64,000 nucleotides of DNA from Acidobacteriota bacterium (GTDB lineage: Bacteria; Acidobacteriota; Thermoanaerobaculia; Gp7-AA8): assembly GCA_019244185.1 (NCBI GenBank), contig JAFATB010000025.1, positions 192,001 through 256,000 of the forward strand, given 5' to 3'. Both the position numbers and the translations under genes were made by a program. Below are positions 49,061-58,494 of this stretch, one piece after another (positions within the stretch are counted from its first letter, which is position 1; each line of letters opens with the position of its first letter). The notes under the pieces are model-generated. The model was given only the letters and a program-made list of their open reading frames with translations, had not been told where the DNA came from and made no database searches.

Positions 49061-49108
49061 TCAGGCGAGCTGCAATTCGGGGGCGTTTCGCGCGCCCTCG
49101 CGGCCCGC

Positions 49109-49501
49109 TCATGCGACCGATATGCCTGACACGCTTCCGCTGCTCTGGAGGCACCGCCGCAGCGCGGCCATCAGCCGCGACGGCAGCACCGGTTTCGAGA
49201 GCGTCTCGCAGATCGTCGGGAAGAGCTTGCGGATCTCCGCGGCCTCGAGTCCGGTGACGACCACGATCGACTCGAGCAGCGCTGGCGTCGTGCTGGCGAT
49301 GTACTCCATCACGTCCGTGCCGCTGAGCTTCGGCAGCGCGAGATCGAGGATCACGGCCTGGTACTTGGCGTTCGCGAGGTAGTAGACGGCACGCTCGCCG
49401 TCGCCGGCGAGATCGCAGTCGCAGCCGCCGTTCTCGAGGATCCGGCGGAGTCCTTCCCGCGTAGCCGCATCGTCTTCGACGATCAATACCCGTGGACGCA
49501 T
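49109..49501 (-). CDS. Single-domain response regulator
   Basis: VLIVEDD, VILDLALP, VVTG, SKP. Confidence 0.88.
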   Translation of the reverse strand: MRPRVLIVEDDAATREGLRRILENGGCDCDLAGDGERAVYYLANAKYQAVILDLALPKLSGTDVMEYIASTTPALLESIVVVTGLEAAEIRKLFPTICETLSKPVLPSRLMAALRRCLQSSGSVSGISVA

Positions 49502-49552
49502 CTCTTTAACTAACTCTATCAGCAAGGAAGGGGCCACGGGAAGAGTGCAAAA

Positions 49553-50200
49553 TTACCCCAACGCCGTCAGAAATGGCGCGGCCAGCATGACCGCTCGCGC
49601 GAGGTGATCCGCCTCCGTGAAGCCTGACGATTTGCGCGGCTTGAAGGAGTGATCGCCGTCCTCGAGCCACTCGACGCGGATCGAGCGCGACAGCGGATAC
49701 GAGGCGACTTCGTCGGGACCGCCGAACGGGTCGCGCGTGCCTTGAATGATGAGCGCCCGCGTGCGCAGCGTTTCGAGATGCGCGGTGCGAAGTTGCGCGG
49801 GACGTCCGGGCGGATGGAACGGATAGCCGAAGCAGACCAGGCCGCGGACGCCGGCGTCGTCCGCGATCATGCTGGCGATGCGGCCGCCCATCGACGCGCC
49901 GCCGATGGCCACGCGCGCGCCGCCGCCGTGCTCGTCGATGACGCGCCGCCACGTGTCGAGCAGCACCTGCGGCCGGTCCGGCGAGCCGCGCTTCCCGCCC
50001 TCGCGCCGCGCGGCCATGTACGGGAACTCGAAGCGCACCACGCGGATGCCTTCCGCCGCGAGCCCCCGCGCGATCGCGTTCATGAACGGCCGGTCCATCG
50101 GCCCGCCCGCGCCGTGCGCGAAGAGAAAGCGATGCTTCGCGCGCTCGGGTCCGTCGGTGAGGTAGTGCAGTGTCTTCGCAGTCGTCTTGGCCATTGTCAT
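49553..50200 (-). CDS. Alpha/beta hydrolase
   Basis: FAHGAGG, GGASMGGR, GYPFHPPG, QGTRDPFG, DGDHSF. Confidence 0.92.
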   Translation of the reverse strand: MTMAKTTAKTLHYLTDGPERAKHRFLFAHGAGGPMDRPFMNAIARGLAAEGIRVVRFEFPYMAARREGGKRGSPDRPQVLLDTWRRVIDEHGGGARVAIGGASMGGRIASMIADDAGVRGLVCFGYPFHPPGRPAQLRTAHLETLRTRALIIQGTRDPFGGPDEVASYPLSRSIRVEWLEDGDHSFKPRKSSGFTEADHLARAVMLAAPFLTALG

Positions 50201-51300
50201 CACCAGCCGCGCACCGGTTTCCACGCGTCGACGAGCTCGCCGCCGTCGACGACGTGATACGTGTCGAAGAGCGCCGCGGTGAGACAGGAGTGGTTCGGGA
50301 TGATGCGCACTTGCGTCCCGACCGGCACATGCATTTCGGTGCGAACCTTTCCGTGCTCTTGCGACAGCGCGATGAGCGTCATCGGCAGCGGCCGCAGCTC
50401 GAGATCGCACACGAGGCCGTAGCCGAAGCGTGGATCGATGTGATCGGGTCCCAGATCCTTGGACAGCGCCAGCGCGCCGGCGTCGACGATGAGCGACTGG
50501 CGCTCGGGGTACGAGCCGACCACGGTCGCGAGCACCGAGGCCGCGCAATCGGAGAGGGCGCACGAGCCGATCGTCGCCTGGAAGGCGTCGTAGAAAACAT
50601 AATTGCCGGGGCGCACTTCATCGCAGTCATCGAAGCGGTCGACGACCGAGAGCGTCGGCGTCGAGCCGATGCTGCGCAGCGTCTCGCCCAGCCCCTCGCC
50701 GGCGAGCAGCGCGCGGAAGCGCGCCAGCGACCCCGACTCCTCCGCCGCGACGCGCCGGATCTCCGCGACGTCGCGCGCGTTGTACGAATGCCCCGCATGC
50801 GTGAGCAGCCCCTGAAAGCGGATGGTCTCGCTGCTCGCGAGCGCCCGCGCCAGACGCACGCTGTCGGGACTCTCCGGATCGACGCCGGCGCGGTGATAGC
50901 CGCAGTCGACTTTGAGGAACGCGTCGAAAACGACGCCGTGGCTCGCGCCGAACTCCTCCATTGCTCGCCGCGTGGTCTCCGAGTCGACGAGCAGCGCCAG
51001 GCGCTCGACGCGCCCCGCGAGGTCCGCCGCGCGCGCGAGCTTCTCCGGCGCGATCGGCACCGCGTACGTGATGTCGCGGAAGCCGGCGTCGGCGAAGAAC
51101 TCCGCCTCCGCGAGCGTCGACACCGTGATCGCGCCGGCGTTCCCGCCGTGCTGCATCCGCGCGATCTCGCGCGTCTTGTGCGTCTTCACGTGCGGGCGGA
51201 AGTGGACGTTCGATGCCGACGCGCGCTCGCGCATGCGGTCACAGTTGTTCGCGAGCGTTTTCAGATCGACGAGCAGCGCGGGGGTGGTGAGGTTCAGCAT
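50200..51300 (-). CDS. DSD1/D-threonine-aldolase-type PLP enzyme (alanine racemase fold)
   Basis: TPALLVD, RPHVKTHK, HAGHSY, IGSTPT, EVRPGNYVFYD, LSQEHG, PNHSC. Confidence 0.92.
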   Translation of the reverse strand: MLNLTTPALLVDLKTLANNCDRMRERASASNVHFRPHVKTHKTREIARMQHGGNAGAITVSTLAEAEFFADAGFRDITYAVPIAPEKLARAADLAGRVERLALLVDSETTRRAMEEFGASHGVVFDAFLKVDCGYHRAGVDPESPDSVRLARALASSETIRFQGLLTHAGHSYNARDVAEIRRVAAEESGSLARFRALLAGEGLGETLRSIGSTPTLSVVDRFDDCDEVRPGNYVFYDAFQATIGSCALSDCAASVLATVVGSYPERQSLIVDAGALALSKDLGPDHIDPRFGYGLVCDLELRPLPMTLIALSQEHGKVRTEMHVPVGTQVRIIPNHSCLTAALFDTYHVVDGGELVDAWKPVRGW

Positions 51301-51304
51301 GATT

Positions 51305-51391
51305 GAATGAAGAACGCAGAACGCAGAATGAAGAATTGAGAACGGGGCTCGGTTTCTTCATTCTACGTTCTGCGTTCTGCGTTCTTCATTC
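51305..51391. repeat. Heptamer-armed hairpin element, copy 3
   Basis: GAATGAA GAACGCA GAACGCA GAATGAA GAATT...TTCATTC TACGTTC TGCGTTC TGCGTTC TTCATTC; fills the divergent intergenic gap. Confidence 0.9.
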
Positions 51392-51398
51392 GTCTTTC

Positions 51399-52517
51399 AT
51401 GAGAAAGGTTCTTCATATCGACATGGACGCGTTCTACGCCTCCGTAGAACAGCGTGACGATCCTTCGCTGAAGGGCAAGCCGGTCATCGTCGGCTGGGCG
51501 GGAGAGCGGAGCGTCGTCTGCGCGGCGTCGTACGAGGCGCGCAAGTTCGGCGTGCATTCGGCGATGCCGGCCTCGCGCGCGAAACGCCTCTGCCCCGAAG
51601 CTGTCTGGCGGCATCCTGACTTCGAGCGCTATCGCGCGGTGTCGCAGCAGATCCGCGCGATCTTCGAACGCCATACGCCGCTCGTCGAGCCGCTCTCGCT
51701 CGACGAGGCGTATCTCGACGTCACGCACGAGCTGACCGGCATCCCCACCGCGACCGAGGCCGCGGAAATGATCCGCCGCGAGATCCGCGACGAGACGCAT
51801 CTCACCGCCTCCGCCGGCGTCGCGCCGAACAAGTTCCTCGCGAAGATCGCCTCCGACTGGCGCAAGCCCGACGGCATCTTCGTCATCCGCCCGCATCAGG
51901 TCGAGCGCTTCCTCGTCACTCTGCCCGTGCGCAAGATCCCCGGCGTCGGCAAAGCGACCGAAGCCGTGTTGCGCGAGATGGGCATCGTCACCGTCGGCGA
52001 CCTGCAGCGCTTCGAGCAGCCGGAGCTCGTGCAGCATTTCGGCAAGTGGGGCACGCGCCTCTGGGAGCTCGCACGCGGCATCGACGAGAGTCCGGTCGAG
52101 CCGTCGCGCAAACGCAAGTCGTGGTCGAGCGAGAACACGTTCGGCACCGACGTCACGCGCGCCGAAGCCGCGGAATGGATCCGCGAGCAGTGCGAGAAGT
52201 TGTGGAACGCGCTCGAACAGCGCGGCCTCCGCGGACGCACCGTCACCGTGAAGCTCCGCACGCCGCGCTTCGAGACCGCGACGCGCCAGCTCACGCCGCC
52301 GTCGCCGCCGTCATCCGCCGAAGAGATCGCGGACATCGCGGTGGCGCTGCTGGGCAAGTTTGCATTCGCCGAAGACGCGCGATTCCGCCTCGTGGGCGTG
52401 GGGGTGGGGAACTTTGATGAGGAGGAAGAGGAGGGCGGCGGCGGCGGCGAGGCCGAAGAGGCTACGTTGTTCGAAGCACCGATGAATGAAGGACGCAGAA
52501 CGCAGAACGCAGAATGA
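51399..52517 (+). CDS. dinB: DNA polymerase IV
   Basis: HIDMDAFYASVE, SYEARKFGV, EPLSLDEAYLD, NKFLAKIASD, IPGVG. Confidence 0.97.
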   Translation: MRKVLHIDMDAFYASVEQRDDPSLKGKPVIVGWAGERSVVCAASYEARKFGVHSAMPASRAKRLCPEAVWRHPDFERYRAVSQQIRAIFERHTPLVEPLSLDEAYLDVTHELTGIPTATEAAEMIRREIRDETHLTASAGVAPNKFLAKIASDWRKPDGIFVIRPHQVERFLVTLPVRKIPGVGKATEAVLREMGIVTVGDLQRFEQPELVQHFGKWGTRLWELARGIDESPVEPSRKRKSWSSENTFGTDVTRAEAAEWIREQCEKLWNALEQRGLRGRTVTVKLRTPRFETATRQLTPPSPPSSAEEIADIAVALLGKFAFAEDARFRLVGVGVGNFDEEEEEGGGGGEAEEATLFEAPMNEGRRTQNAE

Positions 52518-52594
52518 AGAAAGGGGAACGTGGCCGCCGACGGCGGCCCACCACAATTCTTCATTCTTCATTCTGCGTTCTGCGTTCTTCATTC
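52484..52594. repeat. Heptamer-armed hairpin element, copy 4 (near reverse complement of copy 1)
   Basis: Core ACGTGGCCGCCGACGGCGGCCCACCACAATT matches the copy 1 core on the opposite strand. Confidence 0.9.
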
Positions 52595-52621
52595 AGCTTC
52601 TCCTCTACAATGCCCGCCGCC

Positions 52622-53611
52622 ATGACCACCGCCAGCTCCCGTACTCCCATCACCGTCGCGCAATTCGGCATCGGTCCCATCGGCGCCGAGATCGCGCGCC
52701 TGCTGTTTTCGAAGCCGTGGATCCACGTCGTTGCCGCCGTCGACATCGATCCGGAGAAGATCGGGAAAGATATCGGCGACGTGATCGGACTCGGCCGAAA
52801 GACGGGCGTCGTCGTCACGCGCGAGCTCGACGTGAAGGCCGACGTCGTCTGCCACTCCACCGGCTCGCGCCTGCGCGATGTCGCGTCGCAGCTGAAGATG
52901 CTGCTCGCGCGCGGCTCGCACGTCGTCTCGACCTGCGAGGAGCTTTCGTTCCCGCTCGACGCGGAGATCCGCGAGGAGCTGCAACAGACCGCGCGCGCGA
53001 ACAACGTCGCCATCCTCGGCACCGGCGTCAATCCCGGCTTCGTCATGGACAAGCTGCCGCTCACGATCACCGCCGTCTGCCAGGAAGTGCGCTCCGTCGA
53101 GATCATCCGCATCCAGAACGCGTCCACGCGCCGCGAGCCGCTGCAGCGCAAAGTCGGCGCGAGCATGACCGTCGACGAGTTCCGCGCCGCCGTCGCCGCC
53201 GGCAAGATCAAGCACATGGGTCTCCGCGAGTCCCTCATGCTCGTCGGCAACGGCCTCGGCGTCGAGTTCGACAGCGTCACCGACGAAGTCATCGAGCCGA
53301 TCGTCGCCGACCGCGAGATCGTGACGCAGTACCTGAAGGTCGCGCCGGGCCAGGTCGCCGGCGTGCACCAGACCATCTACGGCAAGGGCCGCATCGACGT
53401 GTCGCTCGAGCTGCGCATGTACGTCGGCGCGGAAGACGTCGCGGCCGATCGCGTGATCGTGCACGGCGTGCCCGACATCGAGCTCGAGGTGAAAGGCGGC
53501 ATTCACGGCGACCGCGCCACCGCGGCCATGGTCGTCAACTGCATCCCGCGCATCATGCAGGCGCGCGTGGGCGTGCTGACGATGGACGACGTCGGCGTCA
53601 GCTTCCGTTGA
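52622..53611 (+). CDS. NAD(P)H-dependent amine/2,4-diaminopentanoate dehydrogenase-like (DapB-like N-domain)
   Basis: QFGIGPIG Rossmann motif, VVSTCEEL, GTGVNPGFVMD, GDRATAA. Confidence 0.85.
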   Translation: MTTASSRTPITVAQFGIGPIGAEIARLLFSKPWIHVVAAVDIDPEKIGKDIGDVIGLGRKTGVVVTRELDVKADVVCHSTGSRLRDVASQLKMLLARGSHVVSTCEELSFPLDAEIREELQQTARANNVAILGTGVNPGFVMDKLPLTITAVCQEVRSVEIIRIQNASTRREPLQRKVGASMTVDEFRAAVAAGKIKHMGLRESLMLVGNGLGVEFDSVTDEVIEPIVADREIVTQYLKVAPGQVAGVHQTIYGKGRIDVSLELRMYVGAEDVAADRVIVHGVPDIELEVKGGIHGDRATAAMVVNCIPRIMQARVGVLTMDDVGVSFR

Positions 53612-53849
53612 CACGAACGCGCAGCGCGCGCCACACCAATGCGATCAGACCGAACGCGATCCAGACCACGATCCACGCTGCGCTCGCCGACTCGTGCCAG
53701 TTCCACCCGGCGAGCGTGAAGGCCCAGAGCGCGTAGACGAGCAGGAAGACGCGGCGGTGATGCGCGTCGTCGTCGACGCCGGCGGCGATGCTCGCGCCGA
53801 GGATCAGCGTGGGGACCAGACCGAGAAGCAGGTTGAGGAAGAGCGTCAA
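53598..53849 (-). CDS. Small membrane hypothetical protein
   Basis: Three hydrophobic segments; start uncertain. Confidence 0.55.
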   Translation of the reverse strand: MTLFLNLLLGLVPTLILGASIAAGVDDDAHHRRVFLLVYALWAFTLAGWNWHESASAAWIVVWIAFGLIALVWRALRVRVNGS

Positions 53850-53868
53850 CGGGCGAACAATATCCGAG

Positions 53869-54702
53869 ATGAACACGCATCGCCGCATCGCCGCCATCGT
53901 CGTGCTGCTGTTCGCGCCGCGCCTCGCGCTGGCGTGGGGAAACTTCGGTCATCAGGTGATCGGCGAGCTCGCGCAGAGCCGCCTGAATCCGAAAGCCGGC
54001 GCACGCGTGCTGGCGCTGCTGCAGAGCGACGAGGACTGTCCGTCGAAGCCGGTCCTGCGCTCGATGGGCGACGTGGCCTCGCTGCCCGATGATTGGCGCC
54101 GGCCGGAAGGCGGCGAGATCACGAGCGACTGGCACTTCGTCAACATCGACATCGCGAACCCGAAGTACGTCGAGGCGCGCGACTGCCCGAGCGGGGACTG
54201 CGTCGTGCGTCGCATCGACCGCATGATGGCCGTCCTGCGCGACAAGACGCGCAGCACGTGCGAGCAGAAGGACGCGCTGATTTATCTGATTCACTTCGTC
54301 GGCGACATCCATCAGCCGCTGCACACCGGCTTCGGCCACATGGCCAACGGCGATCCCGACCGCGGCGGCAATCTCGTGAAGGTCACGCTCGACGGGCAGG
54401 AGACGAATCTCCATTCGGCGTGGGACACGGGTCTCATCCGCCGCCAGCAATGCTCGCTCGCGGAGTGGCTGCGCCATCTGCGCGCGGACGTCGTCCCGAC
54501 GCTCACCGCGGCGCAGCGCAACGATCTCGACGCCGTGCATTGGGCGAACGAGTCGCACGGCGAGGCCATTCGCGCGCACGTCGCGGACAAGACCACGCTC
54601 CGCGACACGTACATCAAGACCGCGAACGCGATCATCGAGAAGCGGCTCGCGCTCGCGGCGGTGCGGCTCGCGAACGTGCTCGACGAATTACTAGGGAAAT
54701 AG
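53869..54702 (+). CDS. Secreted S1/P1 nuclease
   Basis: Signal peptide ending ALA-WGNFGH; WHFVN, HFVGDIHQPLH, DRGGN, NLHSAWD. Confidence 0.95.
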   Translation: MNTHRRIAAIVVLLFAPRLALAWGNFGHQVIGELAQSRLNPKAGARVLALLQSDEDCPSKPVLRSMGDVASLPDDWRRPEGGEITSDWHFVNIDIANPKYVEARDCPSGDCVVRRIDRMMAVLRDKTRSTCEQKDALIYLIHFVGDIHQPLHTGFGHMANGDPDRGGNLVKVTLDGQETNLHSAWDTGLIRRQQCSLAEWLRHLRADVVPTLTAAQRNDLDAVHWANESHGEAIRAHVADKTTLRDTYIKTANAIIEKRLALAAVRLANVLDELLGK

Positions 54703-54715
54703 TTGCCGGCGCGCG

Positions 54716-55642
54716 TCAGCGATAGCGCAGGTCGATGACCTTGCGCACCGCGTCCTTGGCCGCGTTGGGCAGGTTCTGCATGCGCGTGAGCACGTCGTTG
54801 AACGCGTGCGACTCGCCGCCGTGCTTGAAGCATTCGCCGCAGCGCGGCAGGTTCGTGAAGTCGCGGCGCTCGAACGCGGCCTGCATCTCGGCGAAGCGCG
54901 GACTGTCGAGAATCTCGCGCAGCGTCTGGGTCTTGAGGTCGCCGAGGATTTGATCGCCGTGCGCGTCGTAGCAGCAGTGCGTCACGCGGCCGTCGGCGAA
55001 GACGACCACCCACGTGAAGAACGCGCCCTGCACGCAGCCGAAGAACGTGCCGTGCAGGTCGGTTTCCTCGTTGACGTCGAGCGGCTCGCAGGTCTTCTCG
55101 ATCACGCGCGCGTTGCGGAACTGCTTGAGATCGAACAGAGCGCGGAAGTCGTCGACGGTTTCGTCGACCGTGAGGCGCGAGCGCATCTTCTGGATCTCGA
55201 TGCGCAGCGGCGCGCCCTTGGCCTGCACGAGGAACTTGCGCGTGAGGTCGACGAGCTTCTCGAAGTCGCCGCCGGTGCGCAGCTGCGGATAGACCTTCGG
55301 ATCGATCGAGTCGACGCAGATGCGGATGCGGCGCAGCGGCGAGGCGAGCAGCTTCGCGCCGACCTCCGGCGTCAGCACCAGCCCATTCGTCGACAAGCTC
55401 GCCTCGGGGAACAAACGAATCGCATCATCGATGCGCGGGTAAAGCAGCGGCTCCCCCATCTCGTGCAGCCACTTGAGGCGCAGGCCGAGGCCGTGGATCT
55501 CGCGTTCGGCCTTCTCGACGAGCGGCCAGGGCATGTCCTCGTACGGACGGCGCAGCACCGGCAGCGGGCACATGCCGCAGCGCAGGTTGCACTTGGAGGT
55601 GAGCTCGAGGCCGACCTTGATGCGTGAGGGAGAGAACTTCAT
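54716..55642 (-). CDS. Radical SAM / SPASM-Twitch protein
   Basis: CNLRCGMC, MGEPLL, STNG; C-terminal C...DGRVTHCC..D...CGEC. Confidence 0.92.
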   Translation of the reverse strand: MKFSPSRIKVGLELTSKCNLRCGMCPLPVLRRPYEDMPWPLVEKAEREIHGLGLRLKWLHEMGEPLLYPRIDDAIRLFPEASLSTNGLVLTPEVGAKLLASPLRRIRICVDSIDPKVYPQLRTGGDFEKLVDLTRKFLVQAKGAPLRIEIQKMRSRLTVDETVDDFRALFDLKQFRNARVIEKTCEPLDVNEETDLHGTFFGCVQGAFFTWVVVFADGRVTHCCYDAHGDQILGDLKTQTLREILDSPRFAEMQAAFERRDFTNLPRCGECFKHGGESHAFNDVLTRMQNLPNAAKDAVRKVIDLRYR

Positions 55643-55654
55643 GAGAGGACGGAT

Positions 55655-55749
55655 GAAGGCAGAAGGCAGAAGGCAGGAGGCAGAACGATGACCGCCGCAG
55701 GCGCACCGCACTTCTGCCTTCTGCCTTCTGCCTTCTGCCCTCTGCCTTC
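55655..55749. repeat. Heptamer-armed hairpin element, copy 5 (GAAGGCA variant)
   Basis: (GAAGGCA)x3 GGAGGCA GAA...TTC(TGCCTTC)x3 TGCCCTC TGCCTTC. Confidence 0.88.
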
Positions 55750-55754
55750 GAGGT

Positions 55755-56837
55755 TCATTTCGCGTTGACCAAGCGCTTTAGCACCGCCCCATATTCCGCC
55801 CAGGAGAATCGCCGCGCGCTCGCGGCCGCCGCGCGCTCCATCGCCTCGCGGTCGCCGCGCGCGAAAAACGCGTCGACGGCACGCGCGAGCGCGGCGGGAT
55901 CCTCGGGCGCGACGAGCATCCCGTTCACGCCTTCCTCGATGATCTCGGGCAGGCCGCCGACGCGCGTGGCGATCACGGGACGCGCGAAGTGAAACGCCGT
56001 CAGCGCGACGCCGCTCTGCGCCTCGATGCGATACGGCGCGAGCACGACGTCGCACGCGGCAAAGTACGTCGCAATCTCCGCGTCGGGGATGAAGCGGAAC
56101 TCGAGGCGGACGTTCGCGAGGCCGCGCGCGAGCTCGCGATACTCCTCCTCCCCTTTCCACCACGCCTCGCCCGCGACGACGAGCGTGACCTCCGTCTGCA
56201 GCTGACGCCACGCGCGCAGCGCGAGATCGAGTCCTTTGAACGGGCGCACGTGGCCGAAGAAAAGCGCCACGTTGCCGGAGAGTCCGAGCTGCCGCCGCGC
56301 GTCGTCGCGCGACGGAATCGCGCCGCCGAGCTCGTGCACGGGAAGGAACGTCGCCACGATCGGACGCGGCGTGCGCTTCGCGGCGTCGGCCGCCTCGCTC
56401 CGCGCGTGCACGACGAGCACGTCGCCGCGGCGCAGCACGCGATTGGTGAGGAAGCGCTTCCACGCCGCCGGCTCCTTGTCGCCGATGTTGTGACACTGCA
56501 AAACGACGCGCGTCGATTTCGGCAGAAACAGGAGCAGCGTCAGGTACGGCAGCGCCCAGACCCAGATCCACCAGACCAGGATCACCGCGTCGGGACGCTC
56601 GCGCCGCAGCAGCAGCGCGGTGCGTAGCCACGTCAGCGGATTGACGATGTCAAGGAGAAAGCGCGCGTTCGCGCGCGGCAGCGTCGGATCGACGTCGTCG
56701 CCGCCGGGATAGAGAAACTTCGGGAACTGGCGCTTGAACGAGATCACGTCGCACTGCAGCTCGCGAGCGAGTTGGGTCGTGCAGTACGCGATGCCGGCGC
56801 GATACGGAAAGACCGGCCCGATGAGAACGGTCTTCAC
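55755..56837 (-). CDS. GT4 glycosyltransferase
   Basis: IGPVFPYRAGIA, FFGHVRPFKGL, PYRIEAQSG, RVGGLPE; GTGA overlap. Confidence 0.92.
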   Translation of the reverse strand: MKTVLIGPVFPYRAGIAYCTTQLARELQCDVISFKRQFPKFLYPGGDDVDPTLPRANARFLLDIVNPLTWLRTALLLRRERPDAVILVWWIWVWALPYLTLLLFLPKSTRVVLQCHNIGDKEPAAWKRFLTNRVLRRGDVLVVHARSEAADAAKRTPRPIVATFLPVHELGGAIPSRDDARRQLGLSGNVALFFGHVRPFKGLDLALRAWRQLQTEVTLVVAGEAWWKGEEEYRELARGLANVRLEFRFIPDAEIATYFAACDVVLAPYRIEAQSGVALTAFHFARPVIATRVGGLPEIIEEGVNGMLVAPEDPAALARAVDAFFARGDREAMERAAAASARRFSWAEYGAVLKRLVNAK

Positions 56838-57916
56838 GCCGCCGAGAGGAAGTTTACGACCGTCGACGCGAGATACGCGCCCCACGTGCGCACGTCGAAC
56901 ACGAGCGACGACGACATGAAGCAGGAGTGCGTGCAGTGGCACTCCTTCGCGCGGATGGCGCGGCGCTGCTCGTCGGCCGCGTCCGAGAACCAGAGTTGGT
57001 CCCAGTCATAGCCGGTGTCGCGCACGTTGCCGACCGCATCGCGCAGCTCGCACATGCGCACTTCGCCGCGCGCGTCGAGGACGCCCGAGACGCGCCCCGC
57101 GTGGCACGGGCGCACCTGCGTCTCCTGCTCGAGCACGGCCAGCTCCATCTTGCGCGAGTACACCTTCACGAACTTCAGGAACCCGTCGTAGTTGCGGTAG
57201 CCGCTCCAGTACTCCTCGAGCTTCGGCAGCAGCTCGCGGTAACGCTCCGTCGTGATCGGCTGGATGTTCTTGTCCGGCTGATCGCCGCGCAGCATCTCGA
57301 ACGAATGGAACGACACTTCCGAAAAATCGCGCCGGACGCCGTCGAACATTACGTCGAGATCGTCGGCGTTGTACGTGCACAGACACGTGTGCACGTTCAC
57401 GGTGAGATTCGGGTACTTCGCGCGCAGCGGCATGAGCTGCGCGTAGGTCTTCTTCGCCTTCTCGTAGTTGTTCGGCACGCCGCGGATCCAGTCGTGCTTC
57501 TCGCCGATGTGATCGATCGACAGATTGACGACGATCTGCGTGTTCGGGCAGCGCTGCAGCGTCGACTCGACCTGCCGCGCGATGAGATCGCTCGTGATCG
57601 CGCCGGTGGGGATGGTGATCTGCTTGACGTGGTTGTTCGTCGAGAGGAACTCGCACAGCTCCGGCAGATCGCGCCGCAGGAACGGCTCGCCGCCCGACAT
57701 CACGATGAAGAGCAGATCGCCCATCGACGAGAGCGTCTTCTTCAGCTCGTCGAGCGAGAGCTCGTGCTCTTTGTTCTTGCGCAGCTGTTCCCAGTTGAAG
57801 CAGGTGCGGCAGAACGAGTTGCAGTCGTAGGTCAGGCCGAGGATGAGATAGACCGGGCGCATGCCCCGCTTGTCGACGAGGTAGCGCAGGTACGGCAGCT
57901 TGTCGGAGAACTTCAT
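56834..57916 (-). CDS. Radical SAM / SPASM-Twitch protein
   Basis: CNSFCRTC, SGGEPFLR, CHAG, GEVRMCE, CHCTHSC. Confidence 0.92.
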   Translation of the reverse strand: MKFSDKLPYLRYLVDKRGMRPVYLILGLTYDCNSFCRTCFNWEQLRKNKEHELSLDELKKTLSSMGDLLFIVMSGGEPFLRRDLPELCEFLSTNNHVKQITIPTGAITSDLIARQVESTLQRCPNTQIVVNLSIDHIGEKHDWIRGVPNNYEKAKKTYAQLMPLRAKYPNLTVNVHTCLCTYNADDLDVMFDGVRRDFSEVSFHSFEMLRGDQPDKNIQPITTERYRELLPKLEEYWSGYRNYDGFLKFVKVYSRKMELAVLEQETQVRPCHAGRVSGVLDARGEVRMCELRDAVGNVRDTGYDWDQLWFSDAADEQRRAIRAKECHCTHSCFMSSSLVFDVRTWGAYLASTVVNFLSAA

Positions 57917-57960
57917 CGCGCGTCCGTGTCGCTCAACCTGTGGTAAGTGTAGGCAATTCC

Positions 57961-58494
57961 ATGCGTAAGCTCATCGCATATCTCGCCATCAGCGCCGACG
58001 GATTCATCGCCCGCGCGGACCACGACGTGGCATGGCTGCCGTCGCCGGAAGGCGATCAGGACTATGGCATCCGCACGTTCTACGATTCGATCGACGCCGT
58101 GGTCATGGGGCGCGCGACGTGGGAAGTCGGACGCAAGCTCGGCCAGGAGTTCTATCCCGGCCGCAAGAACTACGTCGTCTCGCGCACCGCGGAGTCGACC
58201 GAACACGTCGAAGTCGTCCGCGATCTCGACGCGCTCGTCGCGAAGTTCCGGTCCGAGCCGGGCAAAGACATCTGGATCGTCGGCGGCGCGCAAGTCTTCG
58301 GCGCGCTGGCCGACATGGGCGAGCTCGACGAGTTGCAGATGCACATCGTCCCGACGCTGATCGGCGACGGCATTCCGCTGCTCGCGCCGCGCATCCGCCA
58401 GATTGCGATGGAGCTCATCGACTCGAAGTCGTATCCCGACGGCGTCGTCCAAGTGCGCTACCGGCTCCCGCGACGATCCCCAGCCAGTACGTGA
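57961..58494 (+). CDS. Dihydrofolate reductase family (RibD C-terminal-like) protein
   Basis: ISADGFIA, VMGRATW, DIWIVGGA, PTLIGDGIPL. Confidence 0.92.
   Translation: MRKLIAYLAISADGFIARADHDVAWLPSPEGDQDYGIRTFYDSIDAVVMGRATWEVGRKLGQEFYPGRKNYVVSRTAESTEHVEVVRDLDALVAKFRSEPGKDIWIVGGAQVFGALADMGELDELQMHIVPTLIGDGIPLLAPRIRQIAMELIDSKSYPDGVVQVRYRLPRRSPAST

Noticed and set aside
49071-49086. sigma54 promoter upstream of the HTH-PilZ gene
   Set aside because: It has TTGCA at -12 but CG instead of the invariant GG at -24.
52622-53611. dapB
   Set aside because: Only the Rossmann N-domain is similar; the DapB HHxxKxDAPSGTA motif is absent.
57961-58494. folA
   Set aside because: Motifs fit the RibD-C-like DHFR family rather than canonical FolA.
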